Shown: in pieces, positions 1 to 11,006 of the stretch | How positions within the stretch are numbered: position 1 is the stretch's first letter | Layout of the letters: each line of letters begins with the position of its first letter | NCBI GenBank assembly: GCA_001938485.1 | Contig: MQRK01246051.1 | Location: forward strand, 1 to 51,750 | DNA: 51,750 bases | From: Girardia tigrina | Lineage: Eukaryota | Direction: 5' to 3' | Position numbers and translations under genes: made by a program | Notes under the pieces: model-generated | What the model saw: only the letters and a program-made list of their open reading frames with translations | The model's database searches: none | Told to the model about the DNA's origin: nothing

Positions 1-250
1 CACTACAACCCATCAATTAACATTCAGAATGGGCAAAGTAAGGTTATTTCAATACTTAAAATTTTTAATTAAAATATCTATGTCATTATTACCCAATAAT
101 ATTTTCATAAATAAAAATAATTAATTTTTTCGTTACTTTTTAGAGTAAATGTATCTTTTAAAATTGTTTTCAAATTGCTGATGATGATGTATGTAAACAT
201 CGAAACATGTCCTATAGTTGTATAAAAAAAGCTTTAATCAAATTATATTT

Positions 251-255
<5 letters not shown>
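1..255 (+). mobile_element. Penelope-like element 3' end (end of GIY-YIG ORF, 3' UTR with hammerhead), followed by (TA)n
   Basis: Frame from base 1 reads HYNPSINIQNGQSKVISILKIFN*, matching the PLE C-terminus seen at 2250-2310 (SKINIQ..LLRIFD*); hammerhead core at 178-211. Confidence 0.7.
173..216 (+). ncRNA. Minimal type I hammerhead ribozyme motif (PLE-type)
   Basis: CTGATGA(178-184)-T-GATGT/atgtaa/ACATC stem II-GAAA-CATG palindromic stem III-TC; stem I is weak. Confidence 0.7.
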
Positions 256-291
<36 letters not shown>

Positions 292-1099
292 CCTCAAAAC
301 ATCATGATGTAGTGACCACCAAATGTAAATATATTAAATAAATAAATTAATTAACAAACTGTAAATAATAAAAAGAAGAAAAACAATTACTTTTGACAAA
401 TTTAAAAAGGTGAAAAAATATAAGGGAACTGCGCTCAAACTACATACAACTGTCTATCAACGTCAAAACTTGGAACAGCAAGAGTGTGGATGTACAAAAA
501 ATTGTTCATATGAATAAACATTGACATCTAATCGAATTCGTGTTATTTATTTTCGTCATATCCAATTGTCGCCTACTAATGATTTTTAGAACACGCGCCG
601 GTGTGAGATCGCATGTTTATGTCGCGTCCCCCATCATAATCATTCTTTGAGTAATGCATCGACCGCATCGATTACTATATCGGACGGTGTCGAACTCGGT
701 AATCAAGAAGCGGGTAGAATCTCGGATCAGGTCGCCAACAGGAACAACGTCCGAACGGCGGCTCTTCGTCGTCCGTGTCGCGGTGCTCGCGGGTGTGGTG
801 GCACCACCAAAAACATGGCAAATTTTATCTACCGACAACCGTTCTTTTTTCCCTTGCATTTCAGTCCCAAGCCACTTGGCGCGCCTCGATCGAAGCCCGA
901 AGCTCATCTCGGGCACTTCAAACCACAACCTTTACAGGGACCACCAACCAATCAGAAGCGTTTTGGGGTAATCGCGACCATTACTAGGAACCCAAGAATC
1001 AATCAGAAGCTTTTCCGAGGTGATCGCGACCGTTGCCATAAAATTTTTCACAAAACATTGCGGATCAGTTTGATTGTATTGTGGTAAGCAGGAGTCTAG

Positions 1100-1346
1100 T
1101 GTCTGCTGGACTGAGAGACTATAATCTGGTTACACTTTTTGAGTCCAAACAGTTTTCACTGCTTTGATCATGTCCCGCAGGGAATTTTGGTGCATGGCAG
1201 GAACCTGTTTCTTCACCTGGTATCAGGCATTCTCAATTGGATTGAGATCGGGAGTTGTTTGGCCAAGGACCAATAATTTGGAAGCTGGCTGCGCTAACCA
1301 CTCTCGAACAGTCTTGACATTGTGGCAATGTGCTCCATCATGCATT
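1100..1346 (-). pseudogene. Tc1 (DD34E) transposase C-terminal fragment
   Basis: Reverse strand reads MHDGAHCHNVKTVREWL...WPNNSPDLNPIENA* with frameshifts and stops. Confidence 0.75.
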
Positions 1347-1656
1347 TAATCATTTAAATGGTTTATGTATACTTATCAAGGAATACACAAGCATGCAGTG
1401 CAACAACCAAAAGCAGTATAGAAACGAGCGTTCACAAACTTTTGCACCTGACTGTATATGATACTTGATTTATATTTAGATAACAGTTGCAAAATAATTT
1501 TTAGTGTGTTATAATTTCAAATATTAAATATAGCGTTTAATATAAAATTAAAATTTTACTTTATTAATAAATCTGTTTTTGGATTTTGTGTTAAACCTTA
1601 CAAATCTACTTTAAAATTTATTGAAAGCAAAACTCCTCCATTAAAAAATATATTTA

Positions 1657-1699
1657 GAGACAATATATTTCGACGGATCAACCGTCATCTTCAGGTCAC
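1657..1699 (-). ncRNA. Minimal hammerhead ribozyme in inverted pLTR
   Basis: rc: gtgac-CTGAAGA-T-GACGG/ttgat/CCGTC-GAAA-TATA-TT-gtctc; perfect 5 bp stem II, stem I GAC/GTC. Confidence 0.8.
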
Positions 1700-2381
1700 T
1701 GATTAATAATTAATTTGCCTCTATATAAATACAAAAATGATGATTATGTAACCAAAACTACTTTTAAAGATATTTCGAAAAATCAGAGTTTGGCTTCTCC
1801 TGATGGATCTAAGAGAGAAATTGAAGTATTATTAGATATTAATAATATGCCTAAATATTGTTTAACTGTACCTTGTTCTGAAGGATTTATAAACTTTAAA
1901 AATGCATTGTTAAAAGCAACTAACAATGAAGTAAATTTAAAAATTATATCACGGTCTCATAAAATTCAAATATGTTCAGTAATAAATCTATTACACCTTT
2001 AACACTTTGTTCTGATATTATTTATGAATATAAATGTAATGGGTGTGATGCCACATACATTGGAGAGACTGCCCGTCATCTCTGTAAACGAATTCAAGAA
2101 CATGGTCGAAAACAGAGTGAGAGTAATATTGCAGACCATAGGAAAAAATCTCAAAGTGATGTTAATATTGATAATTTCAAATTTCTATGTAAGCATTTTG
2201 ACAGTTATTGGGAAAGAGTGTCGTGTGGAGCATTGTTAATTAGGTCACGTTACTCTAAAATCAATATTCAATCGGCAGTCTCAACCAGCTTATTGAGAAT
2301 TTTTGATTAGCATGATTTCATGCATTCGATTACACAATCATCATTTTTGTATTTATATACAGGTGAATTGATTATTAATCA

Positions 2382-2424
2382 GTGACCTGAAGATGACGGT
2401 AGATCCGTTGAAATGTATTGTCTC
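2382..2424 (+). ncRNA. Minimal hammerhead ribozyme in 3' pLTR
   Basis: gtgac-CTGAAGA(2387-2393)-T-GACGG/tagat/CCGTT-GAAA-TGTA-TT-gtctc. Confidence 0.75.
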
Positions 2425-2929
2425 TCAATATATTTTTAAATGTATGAGTTTTATTTTCAATAAAAAATTATCATCCGGATTTCATTTTATCAATAATTAA
2501 AATTTATTGTTTTATAAAAATTAATTTTTTACACTTTTATGAAAATCTTATTTTAACATAATTTATAGATCTACTTTTCGAAATGTACTTGTTTCATTAT
2601 TAAATAATTAGATTTTAAATTCAAAAATTTCATGAACTCACCAAAGTTCCTAACAAGTGTGGTTTTCCAAATCATTATTATAGTTTTCCAAATCATTATT
2701 ATAGTTTTTCAAATCATTAGTTTAAATTTTTAAATGTTTAAAAACGAATATAATTTTTTTCATTTTAACTTGAGAATTTTTCATTTTGAAATGATTTTTT
2801 AGTTTTGTACTGATTTGAAATATAAATTCAATTTTTGTTTTCATTAAATTTTACTTAAATGTAAATATTTTTTGCTCCTTATTTATAACTGAAGTCGTCA
2901 ATATATTTTGAATTCGAGAAAACACATTC

Positions 2930-3240
2930 GAGGGTTAGTTATCCTAATGGGCAATGCAAGAATCCACAGGAGAAGCGATCTTGAGGGAATCATTTCTGGG
3001 TTTGAATTGATTCTGAAATTCTTTTCATCCCTATGTGCTTAATCCAATAGAATATGTTTTTTCCAAGATAAAGACATGTGTAAGAAGTTTACTTGGGTGC
3101 TATTTTGGTAGTGAAAGAACTCTAAAGTCTGATAATGGAAGCAATTAGTGAGGTTACTGAGGGAGATTGCAGTAATTATAATATATAATATGTGATGCCA
3201 ATATTGGGGAATATGTCCAGAGTGGTTACTGGAGAACGAT
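2930..3240 (+). pseudogene. IS630/Tc1-like transposase C-terminal remnant
   Basis: Degenerate (D/G)NARIH ... LNPIEYVFSKIK motif across frameshifts. Confidence 0.6.
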
Positions 3241-3659
3241 ATGTCAGTTAAAATATATTTTGAAATGTTTACTAGTTTTATTGTTGTTGTGTAATAATAA
3301 ATATTCTTAATATTCTTCGTCTTTATATAGTGTTTATATTTTAACGTAAGGCATGAATTTAAGACATGGATGTGACCAGTAGTAGTTGCATAAAATTAAG
3401 AAAAAATATTTACATTTAAATAAAAAAGTAAATATGAAATAAAATACACAAATTTTTATAAATATTTTATATTTATATTTAAAAATATGGAAAATTCTCA
3501 TGTTAATATGAAAAAATTATATTCGTTTTTTAAATATTTAAAAAATTATACTAATGGCTTGGAAATGGTATAAATTCAAAAAAGAAATTACATTGCATAA
3601 ATATTTACAAAAATAATAATTTAGAAATAAATTAAAAAACACCATTTAATGACAACATA

Positions 3660-3900
3660 TTTTATTGCAATATATTTCAACGTAATATCCGTCATTATCA
3701 GACACTTCTGATCCCAAATTTCAAGCTTATATGTCCTATGATGATTAAATACTCAAATTTACAATTACTGTTTCACGCAAACAGTTTCAACAAAGTCGAT
3801 GAGTCACTTGATTGGACATTAATTGGTGGATCAACCGCTTTAATTATTAATGCCTCAACCGAGACTCTTTCAATAATTTTTAAAATTGTTGTATAATACT
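3660..3900 (-). mobile_element. Penelope-like 3' fragment with degenerate hammerhead (3666-3705)
   Basis: rc reads RVSVEALIIKAVDPPINVQSSDSSTLLKLFA*; then CTGATAA-T-GACG..CGTT-GAAA-TATA-TT (core G>A change). Confidence 0.72.
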
Positions 3901-4067
3901 TATAAATTGAATTTATTTTTTCATATACCAATATAATGATTTCTCTGAGATTATTTTCGTTATGTAATTGAGAACACTAATACAATGATTCAAGTTTTTC
4001 TAAGATAAATATATAAAAAAAACTTTTTAAAATTGTGTTTTCAAATGGTATTTAAATTAATTTAAAG

Positions 4068-4181
4068 GTGCGCTGATTACTCTATCGATTCTCATTATCG
4101 GATTCGTTCTATTAGTCGGCGCTTTTCTGACATTTGGTTTATCATCGATTCTGTTAGTGTTGTACGTGTTCATCAAACATG
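4068..4181 (+). CDS. Probable host internal exon encoding a hydrophobic (transmembrane) segment
   Basis: tttaaag| acceptor and G|gtaag donor, 114 nt, phase 1-1, open frame GALITLSILIIGFVLLVGAFLTFGLSSILLVLYVFIKH. Confidence 0.55.
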
Positions 4182-4821
4182 GTAAGCTGTTCTCTTGTTT
4201 CCGTTTATTTTTTATTTAATTTTCAATATTTTTTATTCAATTAATTAATATTTTTAAATGCTAGTATGTTTCTAGAAAGCATTTCCTATTGAATTGAAGT
4301 ATAATTATTTTTTTACACATTGATCTCTAATTTTAACTTCTTACCGCATGGTACATGATCAAAAATAAATTTTCATCATTTTATAACCCTAACTGCATAG
4401 CTTGCCATTTATGGACCAAACTGTTGTTTTTTGGATATTCTACATGAAAAAAATCATTTTTTTAAAAAATTAAAAAAAAACTTATATCTTAATTTCTCTT
4501 TTCCTATATTATACATTTTTTATTAAAATTCTAGTGTGAATTTTCTCACCCTAGATCTCCTTTGGATGGATTCGGTATGCATGCCTTTCACTTTGTATGT
4601 GTTTCTGTTCTTCTCTTTTTTGTGTGTATGGTGGAGTCTTGTGTAATATTTCTGAAATCAGTTTTTTATGATGAGTTATCTATTTATTTTTTTTCTTTTT
4701 GTAATAATTATTATACCACTGATTTTGTTAATAAATTTGATTTTGAGGTTAATAAATTAATTAAATTTTAAGCATTTTTTGTCTGATTATCATCAGTTAT
4801 GTTTTAGTGAAATTCATATTG

Positions 4822-4852
<31 letters not shown>

Positions 4853-4910
4853 NNNNNNNNNNNNNNNNNNNNNNNNNNNNNNNNNNNNNNNNNNNNNNNN
4901 NNNNNNNNNN

Positions 4911-4947
<37 letters not shown>

Positions 4948-4951
<4 letters not shown>

Positions 4952-5198
4952 GTTGGTCGAAAAATAATGACGGTTTTTGAGCTTTATACTTTGTTTATCT
5001 ACTTTGATATATATAAGTTTAAATGCATTAGTGTTAGATATTATTTGAAATCTTATGCCTAGCTGTATATTCCTATAGTCATTATTAACATATTGCTGTT
5101 ACTTTTTAGAATATTTACGGTGCTAAATTAATAATGGAAAAAATTAAAATTCGAGCAATTTTCTTGTACGAATTTAAACTGGGTCGTAAAGCAGCAGA
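4948..5198 (+). mobile_element. mariner element 5' end (same family as 20130-21899) inserted in (TA)n; remainder in N gap
   Basis: TIR ttaggttggtcgaaaaataatgacggtttt; ORF start MEKIKIRAIFLYEFKLGRKAA at 5134. Confidence 0.9.
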
Positions 5199-6091
5199 NN
5201 NNNNNNNNNNNNNNNNNNNNNNNNNNNNNNNNNNNNNNNNNNNNNNNNNNNNNNNNNNNNNNNNNNNNNNNNNNNNNNNNNNNNNNNNNNNNNNNNNNNN
5301 NNNNNNNNNNNNNNNNNNNNNNNNNNNNNNNNNNNNNNNNNNNNNNNNNNNNNNNNNNNNNNNNNNNNNNNNNNNNNNNNNNNNNNNNNNNNNNNNNNNN
5401 NNNNNNNNNNNNNNNNNNNNNNNNNNNNNNNNNNNNNNNNNNNNNNNNNNNNNNNNNNNNNNNNNNNNNNNNNNNNNNNNNNNNNNNNNNNNNNNNNNNN
5501 NNNNNNNNNNNNNNNNNNNNNNNNNNNNNNNNNNNNNNNNNNNNNNNNNNNNNNNNNNNNNNNNNNNNNNNNNNNNNNNNNNNNNNNNNNNNNNNNNNNN
5601 NNNNNNNNNNNNNNNNNNNNNNNNNNNNNNNNNNNNNNNNNNNNNNNNNNNNNNNNNNNNNNNNNNNNNNNNNNNNNNNNNNNNNNNNNNNNNNNNNNNN
5701 NNNNNNNNNNNNNNNNNNNNNNNNNNNNNNNNNNNNNNNNNNNNNNNNNNNNNNNNNNNNNNNNNNNNNNNNNNNNNNNNNNNNNNNNNNNNNNNNNNNN
5801 NNNNNNNNNNNNNNNNNNNNNNNNNNNNNNNNNNNNNNNNNNNNNNNNNNNNNNNNNNNNNNNNNNNNNNNNNNNNNNNNNNNNNNNNNNNNNNNNNNNN
5901 NNNNNNNNNNNNNNNNNNNNNNNNNNNNNNNNNNNNNNNNNNNNNNNNNNNNNNNNNNNNNNNNNNNNNNNNNNNNNNNNNNNNNNNNNNNNNNNNNNNN
6001 NNNNNNNNNNNNNNNNNNNNNNNNNNNNNNNNNNNNNNNNNNNNNNNNNNNNNNNNNNNNNNNNNNNNNNNNNNNNNNNNNNNNNNNNNNN

Positions 6092-6126
<35 letters not shown>

Positions 6127-6371
6127 ATATAGAATAAATTCTATATTTTCATGGCTTTATATAGAATTACAACAGGCACATTGTACCCTCAGATAGAAAT
6201 GGGCCTTTTTGACATTTTATTGATCAGATTGTTAATATACAAATACATAATAGTTAAAATTTATATTTTATTAAAAAAAGACCATCATATATGACGGGGA
6301 GCTGAATTTTTAACTGTGGAAGTTTCTGTTTTAATTTTTAAATCGTAATTATTATAATTTATTATTTATTG

Positions 6372-6529
6372 TTTCGAACTCCGTGTTGATTTAACAGTCA
6401 GTCAGTTAAATCGGCCCCGGAACCTTTCGGCAAAGGAGCTGTACAGACAGAACCGTCTCGATGCGGACTTTTCAGAGTTATCTCAACTTTACGCCGATTC
6501 ATTCACTGTTCCTCCCCTATTTCTCATTT
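6372..6529 (+). pseudogene. Degenerate coding segment, copy 1 of a local paralogous pair
   Basis: FELRVDLTVSQLNRPRNLSAKELYRQNRLDADFSE aligns with the translation of 6897-7075, with synonymous and conservative changes. Confidence 0.4.
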
Positions 6530-6690
6530 AGGGGCCTTCCATAAATGAGATCACACAATTTTAGCAGATTTCCAACCCACCTTCCCCTCGTCAAATTTCC
6601 TCACAAAAGCCTGACCCCCCTCCTTCCCACGTCACACTCCGTCACAAAATTCTGCCACCCTCACCCCTCCTGTGTGATGTTTTTATCAGC
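6530..6690. mobile_element. MITE remnant with Zator-like terminus
   Basis: Begins AGGGGCCTTCCATAAATGA after TT, followed by C-rich internal tracts; second TIR degenerate. Confidence 0.4.
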
Positions 6691-6896
6691 ATATATATGA
6701 TCATTGTAAAATTTGAGCTTGACTGACAAACCGTGAATCAGATGATAACGAAATTTTCCAAATTTAACCTAAATTGATTTTTATGAATATAATTAGTAAA
6801 TAAGTGATAGAAATCGTCATTTATCAAATAAATTAGTATTTTCATAAAAAAAAGTTTCACGAAAATCCGTGTAGGAATCGTTAAAATCGTCATTAT

Positions 6897-7075
6897 TCGA
6901 AATCGGTGTTAATTTAACCATTTAACGACTTGTACGGTTTTCGATCGATTTCATCGCCTTCCGGGCGTCTGTTCGCAAAGGCGCTGTACCGAAGAAATTG
7001 TATTGATGCGGATTATTCAGATTGACCACGATCTTAAATGGATTCACTCTGGTTCCTTCGCAATTTCACATTGAA
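6897..7075 (+). pseudogene. Degenerate coding segment, copy 2
   Basis: FEIGVNLTI*RLVRFR...FAKALYRRNCIDADYSD then frameshift, continuing VPSQFHIEK. Confidence 0.4.
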
Positions 7076-7199
7076 AAGCGTGACCGACAAAAAAACAAAC
7101 ACACTTTTTAGACAAAAAATTTGGTAATTTTTTATGATTTCAATAAATTTGAAAAAAAATTGGCAAATCATTGAAATTAAAATTAAAAAGCCAATTAAA

Positions 7200-7680
7200 A
7201 TGCTTAAAATTGTTGATTAATTTCGATGGATTATTCGTCATCTTCAGAACAACTAATTTTTTTTAGAAAATAAATGTACTTATATACTGCCGGTAGTAAT
7301 TATGCAATCATTATTTCATCAATAAATCATTAAAAACCCTCAATAAAGTTGTCGAGTGCATTTTTAACGTTAATTTTAATTGAGTTAATGACAAGACAAA
7401 TACGACAGTATATTGGTGATCGAGTGCGTCGAGTCGACACTCCGCCGATTTATCATCGATTATCGGTTTCGTTGATATTGGTGCGGCGGTTTCTATCGGT
7501 TCGATTCTATTGGAATTGTTACTCGTGTTATTCGAATCGACTTTGACGGGATTAACCGATTCGATTGGTGATTTATTCTTTTCGTTCTTGTTGTTTTTGT
7601 TGTCGTCATCACTAAATCATGTAACAACCCTCAATAAAGTTGTCGAGTGCATTTTGAACGTTAATTTTAGGATCCAAGGA
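7200..7680 (-). mobile_element. Penelope-like 3' end with duplicated ORF terminus and hammerhead (7208-7254)
   Basis: rc SLDPKINVQNA..STTLLRV; ~57 bp direct repeat 7323-7378/7613-7669; agttgtt-CTGAAGA-T-stem II-GAAA-TTAA-TC-aacaatt with a 7 bp stem I. Confidence 0.7.
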
Positions 7681-7964
7681 TCTTATATAAAACGTTTCAC
7701 ATATCACTATTTTCCAATAATTCTTAAATTGAGTGCATAGAATATTAAATTTATGGGTGTGTATCTCCCCTTTACAAAGCTCGCTGCTGCACCTTTACGT
7801 TCTTGTTAGCGTTCCGGTGTGGTACTGTTTGAACTTTATACGTTTTTAAACCCACAGACTGTTTTATTTTCGCACTGTTTTCTCGCTACAATTTGCCTTT
7901 ACCGACAGTTTTCGATTTAATAGACGAGGATTTCTCTCTAACAGAGCCTTTATTACAAATAAAG

Positions 7965-9106
7965 AAATGGTTGCATGCAGGAGACAATAATAACTTAGAT
8001 GCCACTGACCGGCTCACAAAAATTCGTCCATTCCTTGACCCGATGAAAAAAAAACATTCTACGTTGGGGAATTCATTCTGAACATTTGTCTATTGACGAA
8101 AGTATGGTACCTTATTTTGGGCGATGTGGTTTGAAAATGTTTCTTAAAGGGAAGCCCGTACGTTTTGGGTACAAAATTTGGTGTTTGTGTGATTCACAAG
8201 GTTTTCTGTACAACTTCGATGTCTACACAGGCCGCAAAAGTAATCAACCAGTACAGAAAACTCCATTAGGCACACGTGTAGTTCGTGACATGGTTTCAGT
8301 TATCCCGCATCCATCCTCACACATGGTCTTTTTCGATAATTTCTTTACAAGCCCTGAACCATCAGAGAAAACCGTTTTCGCCAGGCGCCTCTTCAGAGCC
8401 ATGCACAAATGAAGAAAAAACCGAGAGGTTTTTATGAGACATGTACTGAGCGTGACAACAATATCTGTATTGTCAAATGGCACGACAATAGCCCTGTTGG
8501 TATAGCATCTAATTTTGAAGGTCCATTACCAGAATCCACATGCACACGATGGTCTGCAAAAGAGAAGAAAAGAATTACGGTAAGTTACATATAAAAATAT
8601 ATATATATGGAAAACATTACTTAAAGTTTTTGTTTTTCTTGACACGCAGATTCCACAACCCTTTCTTTTTGGCACGTACAATAAACACATGGGCGGTGTA
8701 GACGTCATGGATAAATTGTTAGCATCCTACAGGCCATCAATTCAATCAAAAAATGGTACTTTCCGTTTCTGACTCATTTTCTGAACATCTGTGTTACAAA
8801 TGCATGGATTTTGCATAGGAAAGCAGTTGAACATCCTATGACTCTCACTTACAATTTCCCCGAGATGTCGCGAATGCATTAATGAACGCAAATACTGATA
8901 ATTTTTATGTACGTCGCGAAAATCCTGGTCATCAACCTGTTGTTGTGCCTGTTCGTCGATTTCAAGGTTGGAATCATTTTCCGGCGTCCATCGACCGTCA
9001 ACTGCGCTGTGCAGAATGCCACCAGAAGGCGAAATTTAAGTGCATTCAGTGTTCTGTAACTCTTCATCCTCTTTGCTTTCATGCATACCACACTCGCCCA
9101 CAATAG
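7965..9106 (+). pseudogene. piggyBac transposase (DDD plus C-terminal cysteine-rich domain), 5'-truncated, internally deleted, with one intron at 8580-8649
   Basis: SIDESMVPYFGR, KPVRFGYKIW, FFDNFFTS, MGGVD, CAECHQKAKFKCIQCSVTLHPLCFHAYH; removing gtaagt...cgcag gives KRIT|IPQP in frame. Confidence 0.9.
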
Positions 9107-9889
9107 CTTAGTGATGCGTGTTTTTTATATTATTGCTGTGTATTAAAAAGTTTAGTACTCTAATAATGCGGCTGTCCTATAAAATACACGAATAATTAAT
9201 TCGCGACTTGCTGTTCCTGACGACACATTCATGAAAAATGAAATTTAAAAATGAATACTAAAATAACTTTTATTTTGATTTATTCAAACAACAGCCCACT
9301 TGATTAGTGTTTTGTAATTTGTGAATTTGTGTTGGAGTTATAGAGATTTAAAGTTAGCAATATTTTTCGCACACAGTCCTTACTTGACAACCTTTTAAAA
9401 GAACTTTATCATCCTCCAAGCTATCAATGTTATCGAGATCGTTATGTAAATCAATTATAAGGTATCGAATTGATCTCAGATTCCAACACCATAATCTTCC
9501 TGATCTTTGTAGACATAATTAAAATATTTCAAAGACAGTATCGATCGTTTTATGAGGGGATTACTTTTTAATAATAATCAATATTTCTTTGGTAAATTAA
9601 ACATAATCCTATAATCATTGATTATTGTTTCGTCGAATTTCAGTCGGTTCTTATTTTGATAAATTCAAACATTTGACGAAACAGAAATTGAAGCAATCCG
9701 CAGATTGATGATTGTGAAACTATTTGATTGTACAAAAGATTCCCTGGGTTTAGTTTTGTATTGCAATAAAATTTGATTTATTTCTTTTACAGACTCATAT
9801 TTTTGAGTTTTACTTTTTATTTTTTTTTAAAGACGCATGGTCGAAACATTTTTGGTCTAAACATCCGTGGTCGAAAAGTCCAATCACCA

Positions 9890-10140
9890 TTAACTAATAA
9901 CACGATTAAAAACAGCAAAAATAGTCAATACAGTGTCGCGTCTACTTTTACCTTGACAACCGTGCGAATTCGTAAATGCATGGAGTCAAAGAAACGATTT
10001 ACAAAAGTTACCGTAAGCGAAGACATACAGCTTGAATTGTTTTCTTTGTACCTCCCTTATCGTTGTCCTTCAAATGTTCAAAAAGGAGGCACAACACGCT
10101 TTTAACTATTTTTACTGTTTTTAATAGTGTTATTAGTTAA
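9890..10140. mobile_element. MITE/foldback with ~39 bp terminal inverted repeats bounded by TTAA
   Basis: ttaactaataacacgattaaaaacagcaaaaatagtcaa vs the reverse complement of 10102-10140 (3 mismatches). Confidence 0.55.
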
Positions 10141-10390
10141 TATTCAGTACAGTGACTCGGTTAATAATCCATTAACATGAACAATAATGAGTAAATGATG
10201 CCAAAACGTGATGTTATTCTATTTTAATTACTTATAGCAACATATTTACGAAAAGTGCTATGGGAAAATTAAAAATTATGTATTGTAGCGACTACAGTCG
10301 TACTTTTGAAACTAATAATCGAACAAATAGATTTGTCAAGGAAGATTATAAATATGAGTGAATTATATTAACGATGAAAAAATCTATAAT

Positions 10391-10948
10391 GTTTGGTTCA
10401 TCCCACATCGCCAGTTCTGCTTACCAAAAATGGCCCACTAGGCATTTGTATTCGATGTACACCTCCAACAAAAATATTAAAGAGAGGCGCACTTCGAACC
10501 CATTTAAAGTTTGAGAATAAGTTGAGAGCATTTCGCCCCCAATACTTCTAATCATTCGCTTTACCAGGTTCAACTACGGAATCATAAACGCCAGCTATCC
10601 TGAGGGAAACTTCGGAAGGAACCAGCTACTAGATGATTCGATTAGTCTTTCGCCCCTATACTCATGTCCGACGATCGATTTGCACGTCAGAACCGCGGCG
10701 GTGCTCCATCAGAGTTCCCTCTGACTTCAACCTGCACAAGCATAGTTCACCATCTTTCGGGTCTTTACACGATCGCTCGAACTCCGCCCAGATGCGAACA
10801 CCTTCAGACTGGTTGATGTTGCACTCGTCCGGGAAAACCGGACAAGGTCACATTCACAGCTCACCGAAATGAACCTTTACATTAATTTCGCCGTGGGGTT
10901 TCGTAAAGCCCTTTGACTCGCGATCATATAAAACTCCTTGGTCCGTGT
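10391..10948 (-). rRNA. 28S rRNA gene fragment (dispersed pseudogene, roughly D3-D5 region)
   Basis: Conserved LSU blocks in reverse: ccagttctgcttaccaaaaatggcccact, gctatcctgagggaaacttcgg, ttagtctttcgcccctatac, catagttcaccatctttcgggtc, ccttggtccgtgt. Confidence 0.93.
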
Positions 10949-11006
10949 ATTATTGGATAGAATAAATTCAAATTAAATCAAACAAATCTAAACAAAAACA
11001 TTATTA

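Larger units (their letters stand above)
1617..2464 (+). mobile_element. 5'-truncated Penelope-like element with GIY-YIG endonuclease and inverted pseudo-LTR
   Basis: ORF 1972-2310 IIYEYKCNGCDATYIGETARHLCKRIQEH (GIY-YIG); ~135 bp inverted repeat 1617-1752 vs 2329-2464, each arm carrying a hammerhead. Confidence 0.88.

Noticed and set aside
617-1087. Overlapping ORFs as a stand-alone gene
   Set aside because: No recognisable domain; the 3' half has repeated caatcagaagc motifs resembling TE subtermini; exon status unresolved
5134-6123. 329 aa ORF and other X-rich ORFs
   Set aside because: Artefacts of N gaps; only the first 21 codons (mariner) are real
10633-10872. 79 aa ORF
   Set aside because: Antisense translation of 28S rDNA
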